Of a stretch of DNA of 64,000 nucleotides, positions 1 to 17,399 are shown piece by piece. The first letter of the stretch is position 1, and the number at the start of each line of letters is the position of its first letter. Below the pieces are notes generated by a model. That model saw nothing but the letters and a program-made list of their open reading frames with translations, was not told the DNA's origin and did no database searches. Source of the DNA: Macrostomum lignano (lineage: Eukaryota); assembly GCA_002269645.1 (NCBI GenBank), contig NIVC01001931.1, forward strand, positions 26,292 through 90,291, given 5' to 3'. The translations under genes were made by a program, and so were the position numbers.

Positions 1-325
1 ATTAGCGCGCTTTGCCCGGAACAAGTTGTGCGTGCAAATCCCGTACACTAAATCGCCTCCTGCAGACTCATCGGTATTTTCCTATGCCTGTGCCATATTT
101 GCCCATTAAAACTTGCACTGAGTTGAAATTCTGGACTTGCAGCTTTTTGTAAAATTGTATTTTTCTCCAACTTATCAAGAAAATAGATCGGTGTTGAAAG
201 CTTCGTGTTTTGGTCCGCTTCGTGGCATTAAACGGGTGTCACAATCTCATTGCCGCTTTCTTGATTTGGTCACGGATGGAACTTCGAACTTGGCGGCCAC
301 AAGAATAGGGGAGCGGCGCCGATAT

Positions 326-600
326 GAGGGGCGCCAAATTTGCTGAGGGGCGCAAAATTTGGTGAGGGGCGCTGGATTTGGTGAGGGCGCTGGATTTGGT
401 GAGGGCGCTGGATTTGGTGAGGGCGCTGGATTTGGTGAGGGGCGCCGAATTTGGTGAGGGGCGCCGAATTTGGTGAGGGGCGCTGAATTTGGTGAGGGGC
501 GCCACATTTGGTAAGAGGCGCTATAGTTGGTGAGACTGCGCCACATTTGGTAAGAGGCGCCAAAGTTGGTGAGCGGGCGCCACATTTGGTAAGAGCCGCT
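326..600. repeat. GC-rich 18-20 bp imperfect tandem repeat (GGGGCGCCxxATTTGGTGA / GCGCTGGATTTGGTGAGG)
   Basis: Direct inspection. It explains the repetitive ORFs 239-505, 247-720 and 270-635. GGGGCGCC motifs resemble the subterminal repeats of the small hAT-like MITE at 29490-29600. Confidence 0.8.
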
Positions 601-1253
601 ATCGAGTGAGCATATTCTGACGCCAAATTTAACAAACATTTTTTCTACCAATAGCCGCTGAAAACCTGCAGTTGATGCACGGGAGGGATTCTGGGTCGAG
701 GTGCAAGAGGTGCAGATCAACCAAAGCCGGAAACAGTCCGGGTTTTCAGCGCATAGGCGCTCATGTTTATAGCTACCGAGTCTATCTACATTGTGTAGTC
801 GTACACGAGACTGATGTAATTACTATTATTAGAGTTCTTCAGCATCTAATCAGATGAAAGCCCCTGACGCCGAAACTTTCTACAGCAAAGAAAATATTTT
901 AGAATTTTCCTGTCCTATATCTATGCTCCATTTATCAACCTACAGTAGCTATAAGTTCCGAACAGTGAAGAGTGAATGGCTACTCGTAGTCTTAGTAGCT
1001 GCTAGGCAATTGAAAATGTCTCCAGAGAAGAGCGACAGGTTGACCCTTCGAGCAAGGCAAATCCAACAATGGCATGTGTTGTGAGCAGCCATTCTTCTGG
1101 CCGGTCTCGTTCACTCTAGCTCCATCCTTTGCCGCAAGGTCGCATTATTTTAACTAACATTTGTTTCATTTGTCGGCGGTGTGTGTATCTACCATTAAGT
1201 TGAATAGCAGCAGTCTGAGTCAGCGACAGTCTGGCTGGGTGGCGTTGATCTGA

Positions 1254-4200
1254 CTTTGCTCTGATAGCGTGTTTTGGCTATTGACTTTACACTGATAGCG
1301 TGTTTTGGCTACTGACTTTACACTGATAGCGTGTTTTGGCTACTGACTTTACTCTGATAGCGTGTTTTGGCTACTGACTTTACTCTGATAGCGTGTTTTG
1401 GCTACTGACTTTACACTGATAGCGTGTTTTGGCTACTGACTTTACTCTGATAGCGTGTTTTGGCTACTGACTTTACTCTGATAGCGTGTTTTGGCTACTG
1501 ACTTTACTCTGATAGCGTGTTTTGGCTACTGACTTTACACTGATAGCGTGTTTTGGCTACTGACTTTACTCTGATAGCGTGTTTTGGCTACTGACTTTAC
1601 TCTGATAGCGTGTTTTGGCTACTGACTTTACTCTGATAGCGTGTTTTGGCTACTGACTTTACACTGATAGCGTGTTTTGGCTACTGACTTTACTCTGATA
1701 GCGTGTTTTGGCTACTGACTTTACTCTGATAGCGTGTTTTGGCTACTGACTTTACACTGATAGCGTGTTTTGGCTACTGACTTTACTCTGATAGCGTGTT
1801 TTGGCTACTGACTTTACTCTGATAGCGTGTTTTGGCTACTGACTTTACACTGATAGCGTGTTTTGGCTACTGACTTTACTCTGATAGCGTGTTTTGGCTA
1901 CTGACTTTACACTGATAGCGTGTTTTGGCTACTGACTTTACTCTGATAGCGTGTTTTGGCTACTGACTTTACACTGATAGCGTGTTTTGGCTACTGACTT
2001 TACACTGATAGCGTGTTTTGGCTACTGACTTTACTCTGATAGCGTGTTTTGGCTACTGACTTTACACTGATAGCGTGTTTTGGCTACTGACTTTACTCTG
2101 ATAGCGTGTTTTGGCTACTGACTTTACACTGATAGCGTGTTTTGGCTACTGACTTTACTCTGATAGCGTGTTTTGGCTACTGACTTTACTCTGATAGCGT
2201 GTTTTGGCTACTGACTTTACACTGATAGCGTGTTTTGGCTACTGACTTTACACTGATAGCGTGTTTTGGCTACTGACTTTACTCTGATAGCGTGTTTTGG
2301 CTACTGACTTTACTCTGATAGCGTGTTTTGGCTATGACTTCGCACTGATAGCGAGTTTTGGCTATTGACTTTCGCACTGATAGCGTGTTTTGGCTACTGA
2401 CTTTACACTGATAGCGTGTTTTGGCTACTGACTTTACTCTGATAGCGTGTTTTGGCTACTGACTTTACTCTGATAGCGTGTTTTGGCTACTGACTTTACT
2501 CTGATAGCGTGTTTTGGCTACTGACTTTACACTGATAGCGTGTTTTGGCTACTGACTTTACTCTGATAGCGTGTTTTGGCTACTGACTTTACTCTGATAG
2601 CGTGTTTTGGCTACTGACTTTACTCTGATAGCGTGTTTTGGCTACTGACTTTACACTGATAGCGTGTTTTGGCTACTGACTTTACTCTGATAGCGTGTTT
2701 TGGCTACTGACTTTACTCTGATAGCGTGTTTTGGCTACTGACTTTACTCTGATAGCGTGTTTTGGCTACTGACTTTACACTGATAGCGTGTTTTGGCTAC
2801 TGACTTTACTCTGATAGCGTGTTTTGGCTACTGACTTTACTCTGATAGCGTGTTTTGGCTACTGACTTTACACTGATAGCGTGTTTTGGCTACTGACTTT
2901 ACTCTGATAGCGTGTTTTGGCTACTGACTTTACACTGATAGCGTGTTTTGGCTACTGACTTTACTCTGATAGCGTGTTTTGGCTACTGACTTTACACTGA
3001 TAGCGTGTTTTGGCTACTGACTTTACACTGATAGCGTGTTTTGGCTACTGACTTTACTCTGATAGCGTGTTTTGGCTACTGACTTTACACTGATAGCGTG
3101 TTTTGGCTACTGACTTTACTCTGATAGCGTGTTTTGGCTACTGACTTTACACTGATAGCGTGTTTTGGCTACTGACTTTACTCTGATAGCGTGTTTTGGC
3201 TACTGACTTTACTCTGATAGCGTGTTTTGGCTACTGACTTTACACTGATAGCGTGTTTTGGCTACTGACTTTACACTGATAGCGTGTTTTGGCTACTGAC
3301 TTTACTCTGATAGCGTGTTTTGGCTACTGACTTTACTCTGATAGCGTGTTTTGGCTATTGACTTCGCACTGATAGCGTGTTTTGGCTACTGACTTTACAC
3401 TGATAGCGTGTTTTGGCTACTGACTTTACACTGATAGCGTGTTTTGGCTACTGACTTTACTCTGATAGCGTGTTTTGGCTACTGACTTTACACTGATAGC
3501 GTGTTTTGGCTACTGACTTTACACTGATAGCGTGTTTTGGCTACTGACTTTACACTGATAGCGTGTTTTGGCTACTGACTTTACACTGATAGCGTGTTTT
3601 GGCTACTGACTTTACTCTGATAGCGTGTTTTGGCTATTGACTTCGCACTGATAGCGTGTTTTGGCTACTGACTTTACTCTGATAGCGTGTTTTGGCTACT
3701 GACTTTACTCTGATAGCGTGTTTTGGCTACTGACTTTACTCTGATAGCGTGTTTTGGCTACTGACTTTACTCTGATAGCGTGTTTTGGCTACTGACTTTA
3801 CACTGATAGCGTGTTTTGGCTACTGACTTTACACTGATAGCGTGTTTTGGCTACTGACTTTACACTGATAGCGTGTTTTGGCTACTGACTTTACTCTGAT
3901 AGCGTGTTTTGGCTACTGACTTTACACTGATAGCGTGTTTTGGCTACTGACTTTACTCTGATAGCGTGTTTTGGCTACTGACTTTACTGATAGCGTGTTT
4001 TGGCTACTGACTTTACTCTGATAGCGTGTTTTGGCTACTGACTTTACTCTGATAGCGTGTTTTGGCTACTGACTTTACACTGATAGCGTGTTTTGGCTAC
4101 TGACTTTACTCTGATAGCGTGTTTTGGCTACTGACTTTACTCTGATAGCGTGTTTTGGCTACTGACTTTACACTGATAGCGTGTTTTGGCTACTGACTTT

Positions 4201-6803
4201 ACTCTGATAGCGTGTTTTGGCTACTGACTTTACTCTGATAGCGTGTTTTGGCTACTGACTTTACACTGATAGCGTGTTTTGGCTACTGACTTTACTCTGA
4301 TAGCGTGTTTTGGCTACTGACTTTACTCTGATAGCGTGTTTTGGCTACTGACTTTACTCTGATAGCGTGTTTTGGCTACTGACTTTACTCTGATAGCGTG
4401 TTTTGGCTACTGACTTTACTCTGATAGCGTGTTTTGGCTACTGACTTTACTCTGATAGCGTGTTTTGGCTACTGACTTTACTCTGATAGCGTGTTTTGGC
4501 TACTGACTTTACTCTGATAGCGTGTTTTGGCTACTGACTTTACACTGATAGCGTGTTTTGGCTACTGACTTTACACTGATAGCGTGTTTTGGCTACTGAC
4601 TTTACTCTGATAGCGTGTTTTGGCTACTGACTTTACACTGATAGCGTGTTTTGGCTACTGACTTTACACTGATAGCGTGTTTTGGCTACTGACTTTACAC
4701 TGATAGCGTGTTTTGGCTACTGACTTTACACTGATAGCGTGTTTTGGCTACTGACTTTACACTGATAGCGTGTTTTGGCTACTGACTTTACTCTGATAGC
4801 GTGTTTTGGCTACTGACTTTACACTGATAGCGTGTTTTGGCTACTGACTTTACTCTGATAGCGTGTTTTGGCTACTGACTTTACACTGATAGCGTGTTTT
4901 GGCTACTGACTTTACTCTGATAGCGTGTTTTGGCTACTGACTTTACTCTGATAGCGTGTTTTGGCTACTGACTTTACACTGATAGCGTGTTTTGGCTACT
5001 GACTTTACTCTGATAGCGTGTTTTGGCTACTGACTTTACTCTGATAGCGTGTTTTGGCTACTGACTTTACACTGATAGCGTGTTTTGGCTACTGACTTTA
5101 CTCTGATAGCGTGTTTTGGCTACTGACTTTACTCTGATAGCGTGTTTTGGCTACTGACTTTACTCTGATAGCGTGTTTTGGCTACTGACTTTACTCTGAT
5201 AGCGTGTTTTGGCTACTGACTTTACTCTGATAGCGTGTTTTGGCTACTGACTTTACTCTGATAGCGTGTTTTGGCTACTGACTTTACTCTGATAGCGTGT
5301 TTTGGCTATTGACTTCGCACTGATAGCGTGTTTTGGCTACTGACTTTCGCACTGATAGCGTGTTTTGGCTACTGACTTTACACTGATAGCGTGTTTTGGC
5401 TACTGACTTTACTCTGATAGCGTGTTTTGGCTACTGACTTTACTCTGATAGCGTGTTTTGGCTACTGACTTTACACTGATAGCGTGTTTTGGCTACTGAC
5501 TTTACACTGATAGCGTGTTTTGGCTACTGACTTTACACTGATAGCGTGTTTTGGCTACTGACTTTACTCTGATAGCGTGTTTTGGCTACTGACTTTACTC
5601 TGATAGCGTGTTTTGGCTATTGACTTCGCACTGATAGCGTGTTTTGGCTACTGACTTTACTCTGATAGCGTGTTTTGGCTACTGACTTTACTCTGATAGC
5701 GTGTTTTGGCTACTGACTTTACTCTGATAGCGTGTTTTGGCTACTGACTTTACTCTGATAGCGTGTTTTGGCTACTGACTTTACTCTGATAGCGTGTTTT
5801 GGCTACTGACTTTACTCTGATAGCGTGTTTTGGCTACTGACTTTACACTGATAGCGTGTTTTGGCTACTGACTTTACACTGATAGCGTGTTTTGGCTACT
5901 GACTTTACACTGATAGCGTGTTTTGGCTACTGACTTTACTCTGATAGCGTGTTTTGGCTACTGACTTTACACTGATAGCGTGTTTTGGCTACTGACTTTA
6001 CTCTGATAGCGTGTTTTGGCTATTGACTTCGCACTGATAGCGTGTTTTGGCTACTGACTTTACTCTGATAGCGTGTTTTGGCTACTGACTTTACTCTGAT
6101 AGCGTGTTTTGGCTACTGACTTTACACTGATAGCGTGTTTTGGCTACTGACTTTACTCTGATAGCGTGTTTTGGCTACTGACTTTACTCTGATAGCGTGT
6201 TTTGGCTACTGACTTTACACTGATAGCGTGTTTTGGCTACTGACTTTACTCTGATAGCGTGTTTTGGCTACTGACTTTACTCTGATAGCGTGTTTTGGCT
6301 ACTGACTTTACTCTGATAGCGTGTTTTGGCTACTGACTTTACTCTGATAGCGTGTTTTGGCTACTGACTTTACTCTGATAGCGTGTTTTGGCTACTGACT
6401 TTGCTCTGATAGCGTGTTTTGGCTACTGACTTTGCTCTGATAGCGTGTTTTGGCTACTGACTTTACTCTGATAGCGTGTTTTGGCTACTGACTTTACTCT
6501 GATAGCGTGTTTTGGCTACTGACTTTACTCTGATAGCGTGTTTTGGCTACTGACTTTACACTGATAGCGTGTTTTGGCTACTGACTTTACACTGATAGCG
6601 TGTTTTGGCTACTGACTTTACTCTGATAGCGTGTTTTGGCTATTGACTTTACACTGATAGCGTGTTTTGGCTACTGACTTTACACTGATAGCGTGTTTTG
6701 GCTACTGACTTTACACTGATAGCGTGTTTTGGCTACTGACTTTACTCTGATAGCGTGTTTTGGCTACTGACTTTACTCTGATAGCGTGTTTTGGCCACTG
6801 ACT
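1254..6803. repeat. 31-bp satellite array (CTGATAGCGTGTTTTGGCTACTGACTTTAC[A/T]), about 180 copies
   Basis: Near-perfect tandem unit over about 5.55 kb with no spacers. One A/T dimorphic site, a rare TATTGACTTCGCACT variant and a few 1-bp losses. Confidence 0.98.
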
Positions 6804-7191
6804 CATTCATTTCGGTGCTTTTTTAGCTGTTCAGGTGATAGTGAATTCTTCTGGTCTAAGAACGATTAACAAGAAGGCGACATGACAAAAGAACGCAAAA
6901 ACATGAAGAACTGTTTTTCCATTTTCGTATTTGAGTAAATAAAAATGAACACATGACACATTCGTCAGTAGCCTGTTTGTATTTGAGTAGAAAAGTTTGT
7001 TAAGCAAAAGCGACACACAAAAAGTGACTGACATAATTATCAATGCCCATAGAAACGTGGCTGACATAAAACTAAGCGCACACAAGCATGCTGTAACTAG
7101 CTAGTGAGTAAATCAAAATGCCAGCACCCTGCGCTGCTGCTGCCAAAAAGTAATGCAGATGCCCGTTTAGTCTGTCAGTTATGCTTACACA

Positions 7192-7197
7192 TTTATT
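7192..7197 (-). promoter_or_regulatory. Candidate poly(A) signal AATAAA for UBE2K
   Basis: TTTATT on the plus strand, about 245 nt downstream of the UBE2K stop codon. Confidence 0.4.
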
Positions 7198-7441
7198 GAA
7201 TAGTGAGACACATTTTAGGCAAAATAGTCAGCTGAATGAACTCATGTAACGGATAAGCAACAGCTTGGCTTGGATAACCAGAACAGGTGGCGTGTCGCTG
7301 AGCAGTCCACACAGACAATTAGCAAAGGAAAGCACACGGACAAGGAGAGAGGGGCAGGCCGGAGGGAGTAGCGATGGCCTGCACTGCAGCAAGCTGGAGG
7401 TAGGGAGCGCCAAGCCGAGGCTTAGGAATTTAACTAATCCG

Positions 7442-8306
7442 TCAAGTGCTGCTGCATCCCTGGCTCAGCAGGTGCTCGGCTGCTCGCTCCGGGTTCCACA
7501 GGTGCATCGATAGGGCGACTCGACATTCGTGCTGGAAAATAAAAAAATGATACTTGGGTGCAGGCAAGATGGCCGTTGCTCTGATTAATAGCCATTTACC
7601 TACTTTGATACTTTAAGGTAGTTCAATTTAGCGCCAACTGAAGTTACATAGGGGAGGGGAACCCCAACAGTCTAAAAATATAGAGAGAATACGTGTCTAA
7701 AAATAGACACGAACAGGGAATTACACCAATCTAAAAATAGAAACATCATAGAGAACGGAAATCCACAAACAAACGAACCTCGGAGAATCCCATCTGCTGG
7801 AGCGCCGCAACCTTCCTGGTCAGCTCCGGCTCCCTGTCCGGCGCGTTAGCGTAGGCGGCAGCCCAGTGGCGCGCAGTGGCCAGAAAGATGTCGTGCCGCT
7901 CCCTGAACTGGCTGGCCACCACGGCGTCCTGTGGATCGTCGGGCTCGGCACAGGCCAGCAGGGCCTGCAGGGACAGCAGCACGGTGCGCAGAGTCATGGC
8001 GGCGGCCCACTGGTCCTTGAGAATGTCCAGACAGATGGCGCCAGTCACTGAGCTGATGTTGGGGTGCCAGATTCTGGTGACGAATTTCACAATGGGAGGC
8101 GAGAACGGGTAATTGTCGGGGATGCGGATCTCCAGCTGGAAGCGGCCCTGATCGTAGGGCGTGTCGGGCGGCCCGACGATTTCGCCGCGCAGCTCGCGGA
8201 GCGACTCGGCGGCCGGGAGGACGCGGATCTGGTGGCTGGTGATCTCCTTGCTGGTCATGACCTCCTTGAACTCGCGCCGGATTCGCTGGTCGGCTATGCT
8301 GGTCAT
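7442..8306 (-). CDS. UBE2K: Ubiquitin-conjugating enzyme E2 K (HIP2/E2-25K), 205 aa; exons 8306-7779 and 7531-7442
   Basis: UBC core contains HPNISSVTGAICLDILKDQW (catalytic Cys), as in UBE2K orthologues. The ORF runs into a GAG|GTTCGT donor at 7779. A TTTTCCAG acceptor at 7532 gives in-frame HECRVALSMHLWNPERAAEHLLSQGCSST*, completing the C-terminal UBA domain diagnostic of UBE2K. Kozak context GCCGCCATG. Confidence 0.96.
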
Positions 8307-8326
8307 GGCGGCTTGGGACTGAAAAG
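8307..8326 (-). promoter_or_regulatory. Splice acceptor (CTTTTCAG) 12 nt upstream of the UBE2K ATG: 5' UTR intron or trans-splice acceptor
   Basis: Minus strand reads CTGGCTTTTCAG|TCCCAAGCCGCC-ATG. Confidence 0.5.
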
Positions 8327-9023
8327 CCAGGGGGTCATTGAGGGCATTTCAGGGCAGCGGACGCAGTGCGACCAGCCTGTTGGGACTCGGGAGCCACAAG
8401 TACTGGGGAGTTCTGATAGTAATGAATGAGCTCAGCTTGTGACTGAGAGTTCAGGCAGCAGTGGGGAGTTCAGGTAGCAGTGGGGACAATATAAATTTCC
8501 CAGGAGCACCTTAAATCCTTCAGCCCAAATTAGAAGGTAATTACATGTATGAAAAGTAAATAAGAAAGGAAAAGTATTGCAAGCATACGCAGTTCATATC
8601 AGCCAATTTTATTCTATCAGTAATCAGACTATCAATACTTTTATTCATAATAAATTACTAAGAATTTCACTAGGACACATGGACAACAAATACATAACAG
8701 TTGTGGACTTACTGTCACTTACATAAGATTCGACTGTCATTACTAAGGTGCCAACGCAAATACGATAAACAGCGCACGGGTGAGCAAAGCCGCTGCACTT
8801 TAGCGATCGATATTCGACAAAGAATTTTCCAGAAAAAAGTACAAACCCAAAACCCTACACCCACGCCCTGCTCGCATGATTGCCTTGTCTATGAAATCCG
8901 ATTGCTCACGAAAGCTTTTTACAGTTACTGGGATCAAGCTGCAGCCAGTGCTCAAGGCTTCATCTATCTATATAGCATTAGCCAGAGCAGGTCTAATCTG
9001 ATAAATTCCCTGGGATCACCTGC

Positions 9024-9583
9024 GACTGCTCATTGTTGGCTAACTGATAGCTGACTGCTCATTGTTGGCTAGCTGATAGCTGACTGCTCATTGTTGGCTA
9101 GGTGATAGCTGACTGCTCATTGTTGGCTAACTGATAGCTGACTGCTCATTGTTGGCTAACTGATAGCTGACTGCTCATTGTTGGCTAACTGATAACTGAC
9201 TGCTCATTGTTGGCTAGCTGATAGCTGACTGCTCATTGTTGGCTAGCTGATAGCTGACTGCTCATTGTTGGCTACTGATAAGCTGACTGCTCATTGTTGG
9301 CTAACTGATAACTGACTGCTCATTGTTGGCTAACTGATAACTGACTGCTCATTGTTGGCTAACTGATAGCTCTGACTGCTCATTGTTGGCTACTGATAGC
9401 TGACTGCTCATTGTTGGCTAGCTGATAGCTGACTGCTCATTGTTGGCTAGCTGATAGCTGACTGCTCATTGTTGGCTAACTGATAGCTGACTGCTCATTG
9501 TTGGCTAACTGATAGCTGACTGCTCATTGTTGGCTAGCTGATAGCTGACTGCTCATTGTTGGCTAACTGATAGCTGACTGCTC
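9024..9583. repeat. 29-bp minisatellite (CTGACTGCTCATTGTTGGCTAACTGATAG), about 19 copies
   Basis: Direct inspection. Confidence 0.95.
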
Positions 9584-9964
9584 AGCATAATAACACAGCA
9601 ATTAGATAGAATTTGATCAGGGGAAAACAGAAAATTAATAAAAGGGGAATTATAGAAGGAACTAAACAAAGAGCATCGATAACAGATAGTTACTGCAGTA
9701 GTAGTGCTATCTGTAAACCGAATCTATTCTGTATATTGACTTTCATGACGAATAGAACAAAACTAAACGAAACGAGTTTACAAGGACAAGCAATAAATTC
9801 AAACCAATATTGATGCAGTCAAGCAAACACAGGAATAGCAATTACGAGATGCGCGTGCAAAACAGGCAGATGTGCTGTACTCCGCGCAAGCTTTGATCTT
9901 TGCTAGGCCAGTGCGGGCTCTGGTTCGGGACATTATGATCATGGTAGCGGATTTGACTTAGCAC

Positions 9965-10245
9965 AGATAACCAGGGTGACACAGGGACACAGGGGTGACC
10001 CTGGGGAACAGGGGTGACACAGGGACACAGGGGTGACGCTGGGGAACAGGGGTGACACAGGGACACGGGTGACGCTGGGAACAGGGGTGACACAGGGACA
10101 CAGGGGTGACGCTGGGAACAGGGGTGACACAGGGACACGGGTGACGCTGGGGAACAGGGGTGACACAGGGACACAGGGGTGACGCCGGTTAACAGGGGTA
10201 ACACAGGGACACAGGGGTGACGCTGGGGAACAGAGGTGATGCTGG
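9965..10245. repeat. About 38-bp G-rich minisatellite (ACAGGGACACAGGGGTGACGCTGGGGAACAGGGGTGAC), about 7 copies, 3' of RNF121
   Basis: Direct inspection. It explains repetitive ORFs 9842-10378 and 9939-10316. Confidence 0.9.
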
Positions 10246-10411
10246 GGGGGGGGAGCTGGGGAAGTGACACTTGGGTACCGATGGAGTTGGGCAGCAGGGA
10301 GGGATACCAATTGCAACAGTTGTTACCAGATCGATGGCAGATCACAGTAAAACGGTGGCTCAAGTTAGGAGTGTACAACTAAGAGCTGAGAGTCATATTT
10401 GTAGCAAGTCA

Positions 10412-15492
<5,081 letters not shown>

Positions 15493-17399
15493 CTAGAGTG
15501 CAATTAAAAGATTAAACATTGTATCGAATTAACCACATAATACAATATTGTGGCATAAATAAAAAAATCATTACATACCTTGTTGTTAACAACAACAATG
15601 CCACTCTGTCCATGAAACGACATTTCAAGTCTGGAAAAAAGGTTTGCCATATATTAGAATTAGTGATGAGATGCTTACAACTTTGCAATCTTAGCATTTA
15701 GGTAATCACAAAACTTCCATAGAGGTTAGCAAATTGATTTCAAGTAGAATGGCTTGTTAAATTATAGTTGGGACAAGGATAAAATAAGAAAGTGGTTTCA
15801 TATTTCATCTGATCATGCTAAATGCCCAAAGCACAGCTTGCATTGTACTTTGTATATGACTATAATAAGTGTTTACAATACCCAACATCATTTCAAATTT
15901 GAAACATAACCCTAGAATTATAATATAATTAATATGTCCTACTAATATATTCTAAATAACTTGCTAATTATTTATTACAATTATTAACTACAATATTAAT
16001 AATGATTAGCTTGGCTCCACATAGATTAATTAGACCCTATAGATATGCCTAGGCTAGGCCCCATAATGAAGAACATGGCAAGTGTACAATAAAATGATTT
16101 TTAGGGATGGTCAATTGTACACTAAAAAACCTAAGTATGCACCAAATTTGTAATTATATGCCAATTTTTTCTTAATGATATAGATGCTACATTAATACTT
16201 TACTGCCATATGTCCATAGCTCAAGATTAATTATTAAAGGGCATTTTAACAATATGAATAATAAGAAAGATCTATCAAATTTATTAAACAAAACTTAAAG
16301 AGGGTAGATTCAAGAATTCATGACCAAGATATAAAAATGATATCAAGCTGTATCTGTTCTATAGAGCTATATAATAAAACATCAAGGTCCTTGGTCCTAT
16401 CTATGTTATAAATCATAGTCTATGATATTGATATGCCCTATTGCCTGGATATCAATGCTGTGGTTTCTTTTGCAAAATTATTTTCCTTGCATTTTTAACT
16501 GCCATGATTGTCAGCTATTAGAATAGATCATAAATAATAGTCTAGTATTATGTTTGGTCAATAAAATATGTAATTAGTTTTTTATTAATATGTAACTTTT
16601 ATTTTCCATTTTTATTTCAAATGGTCCTTCAAACTATTATAGTATACTCTATAGACTTTGGCCTATCCTTTTTATTGTAACATTGATCAAATATTTTAAT
16701 ATTTATCTGGCAATATGGCTAGTAGACAACCAGCTCTAACTCTTATTTTATTACCTAGTGAAATCAGCATATACTTTTGAGAGCCATATATTGATGGCCA
16801 ACCTGGACAATGCATTTGATGCAATCTTGTAGGCTTCTTAGATATCCCTTCATTATCTACTCAGTGTTGGGCACCAGTCTGTTAATAAGCCTTAAAAAGC
16901 ATTAAGATTTTTTGCACCAATAGATTAACAAATTTTAAATTTAAGTCATTAATTTTGTTAGTTAACAAAAAAATCATTGATAACATTAATTACAATGCCT
17001 ATGAGACCAAAGATGCAAAAAAGTTATTTTCTCTTACTTTATACTACTTTTAGTAGCCTTTTATATATAAGTTTTTGCTATTATTTGTTACTAAATAAAT
17101 TGTAAATTGATTGGATGATGTCTCCATATCTTTATGTTGGCTGACAAAAAATGGAAAAGCAAAGACAGTGCATTTTGAAGTTTGTTTTATAAAAAAAGTG
17201 AAATATTATTGTATGTTGTGTTAACATTAACATAATAATGCTTAATAATGAATATGAGTTAACTTTCATTTTCAGTAAACTTAATGAAATTAAGAGTTAA
17301 TAAGTAAGTTAACACTTCCATTAATAGAAGTTAAGATTTTAATCAAGCTACTACCCAATGGTGATAAAGAAATAACTCATAATTCTCCAGAATGATATA

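Noticed and set aside
239-720. Repetitive ORFs at the window start
   Set aside because: Translations of an 18-20-bp tandem repeat in several frames; no splice or domain support.
1254-6803. CRISPR array (31-bp repeats)
   Set aside because: Units are contiguous with no unique spacers, there are no cas genes, and the context is eukaryotic.
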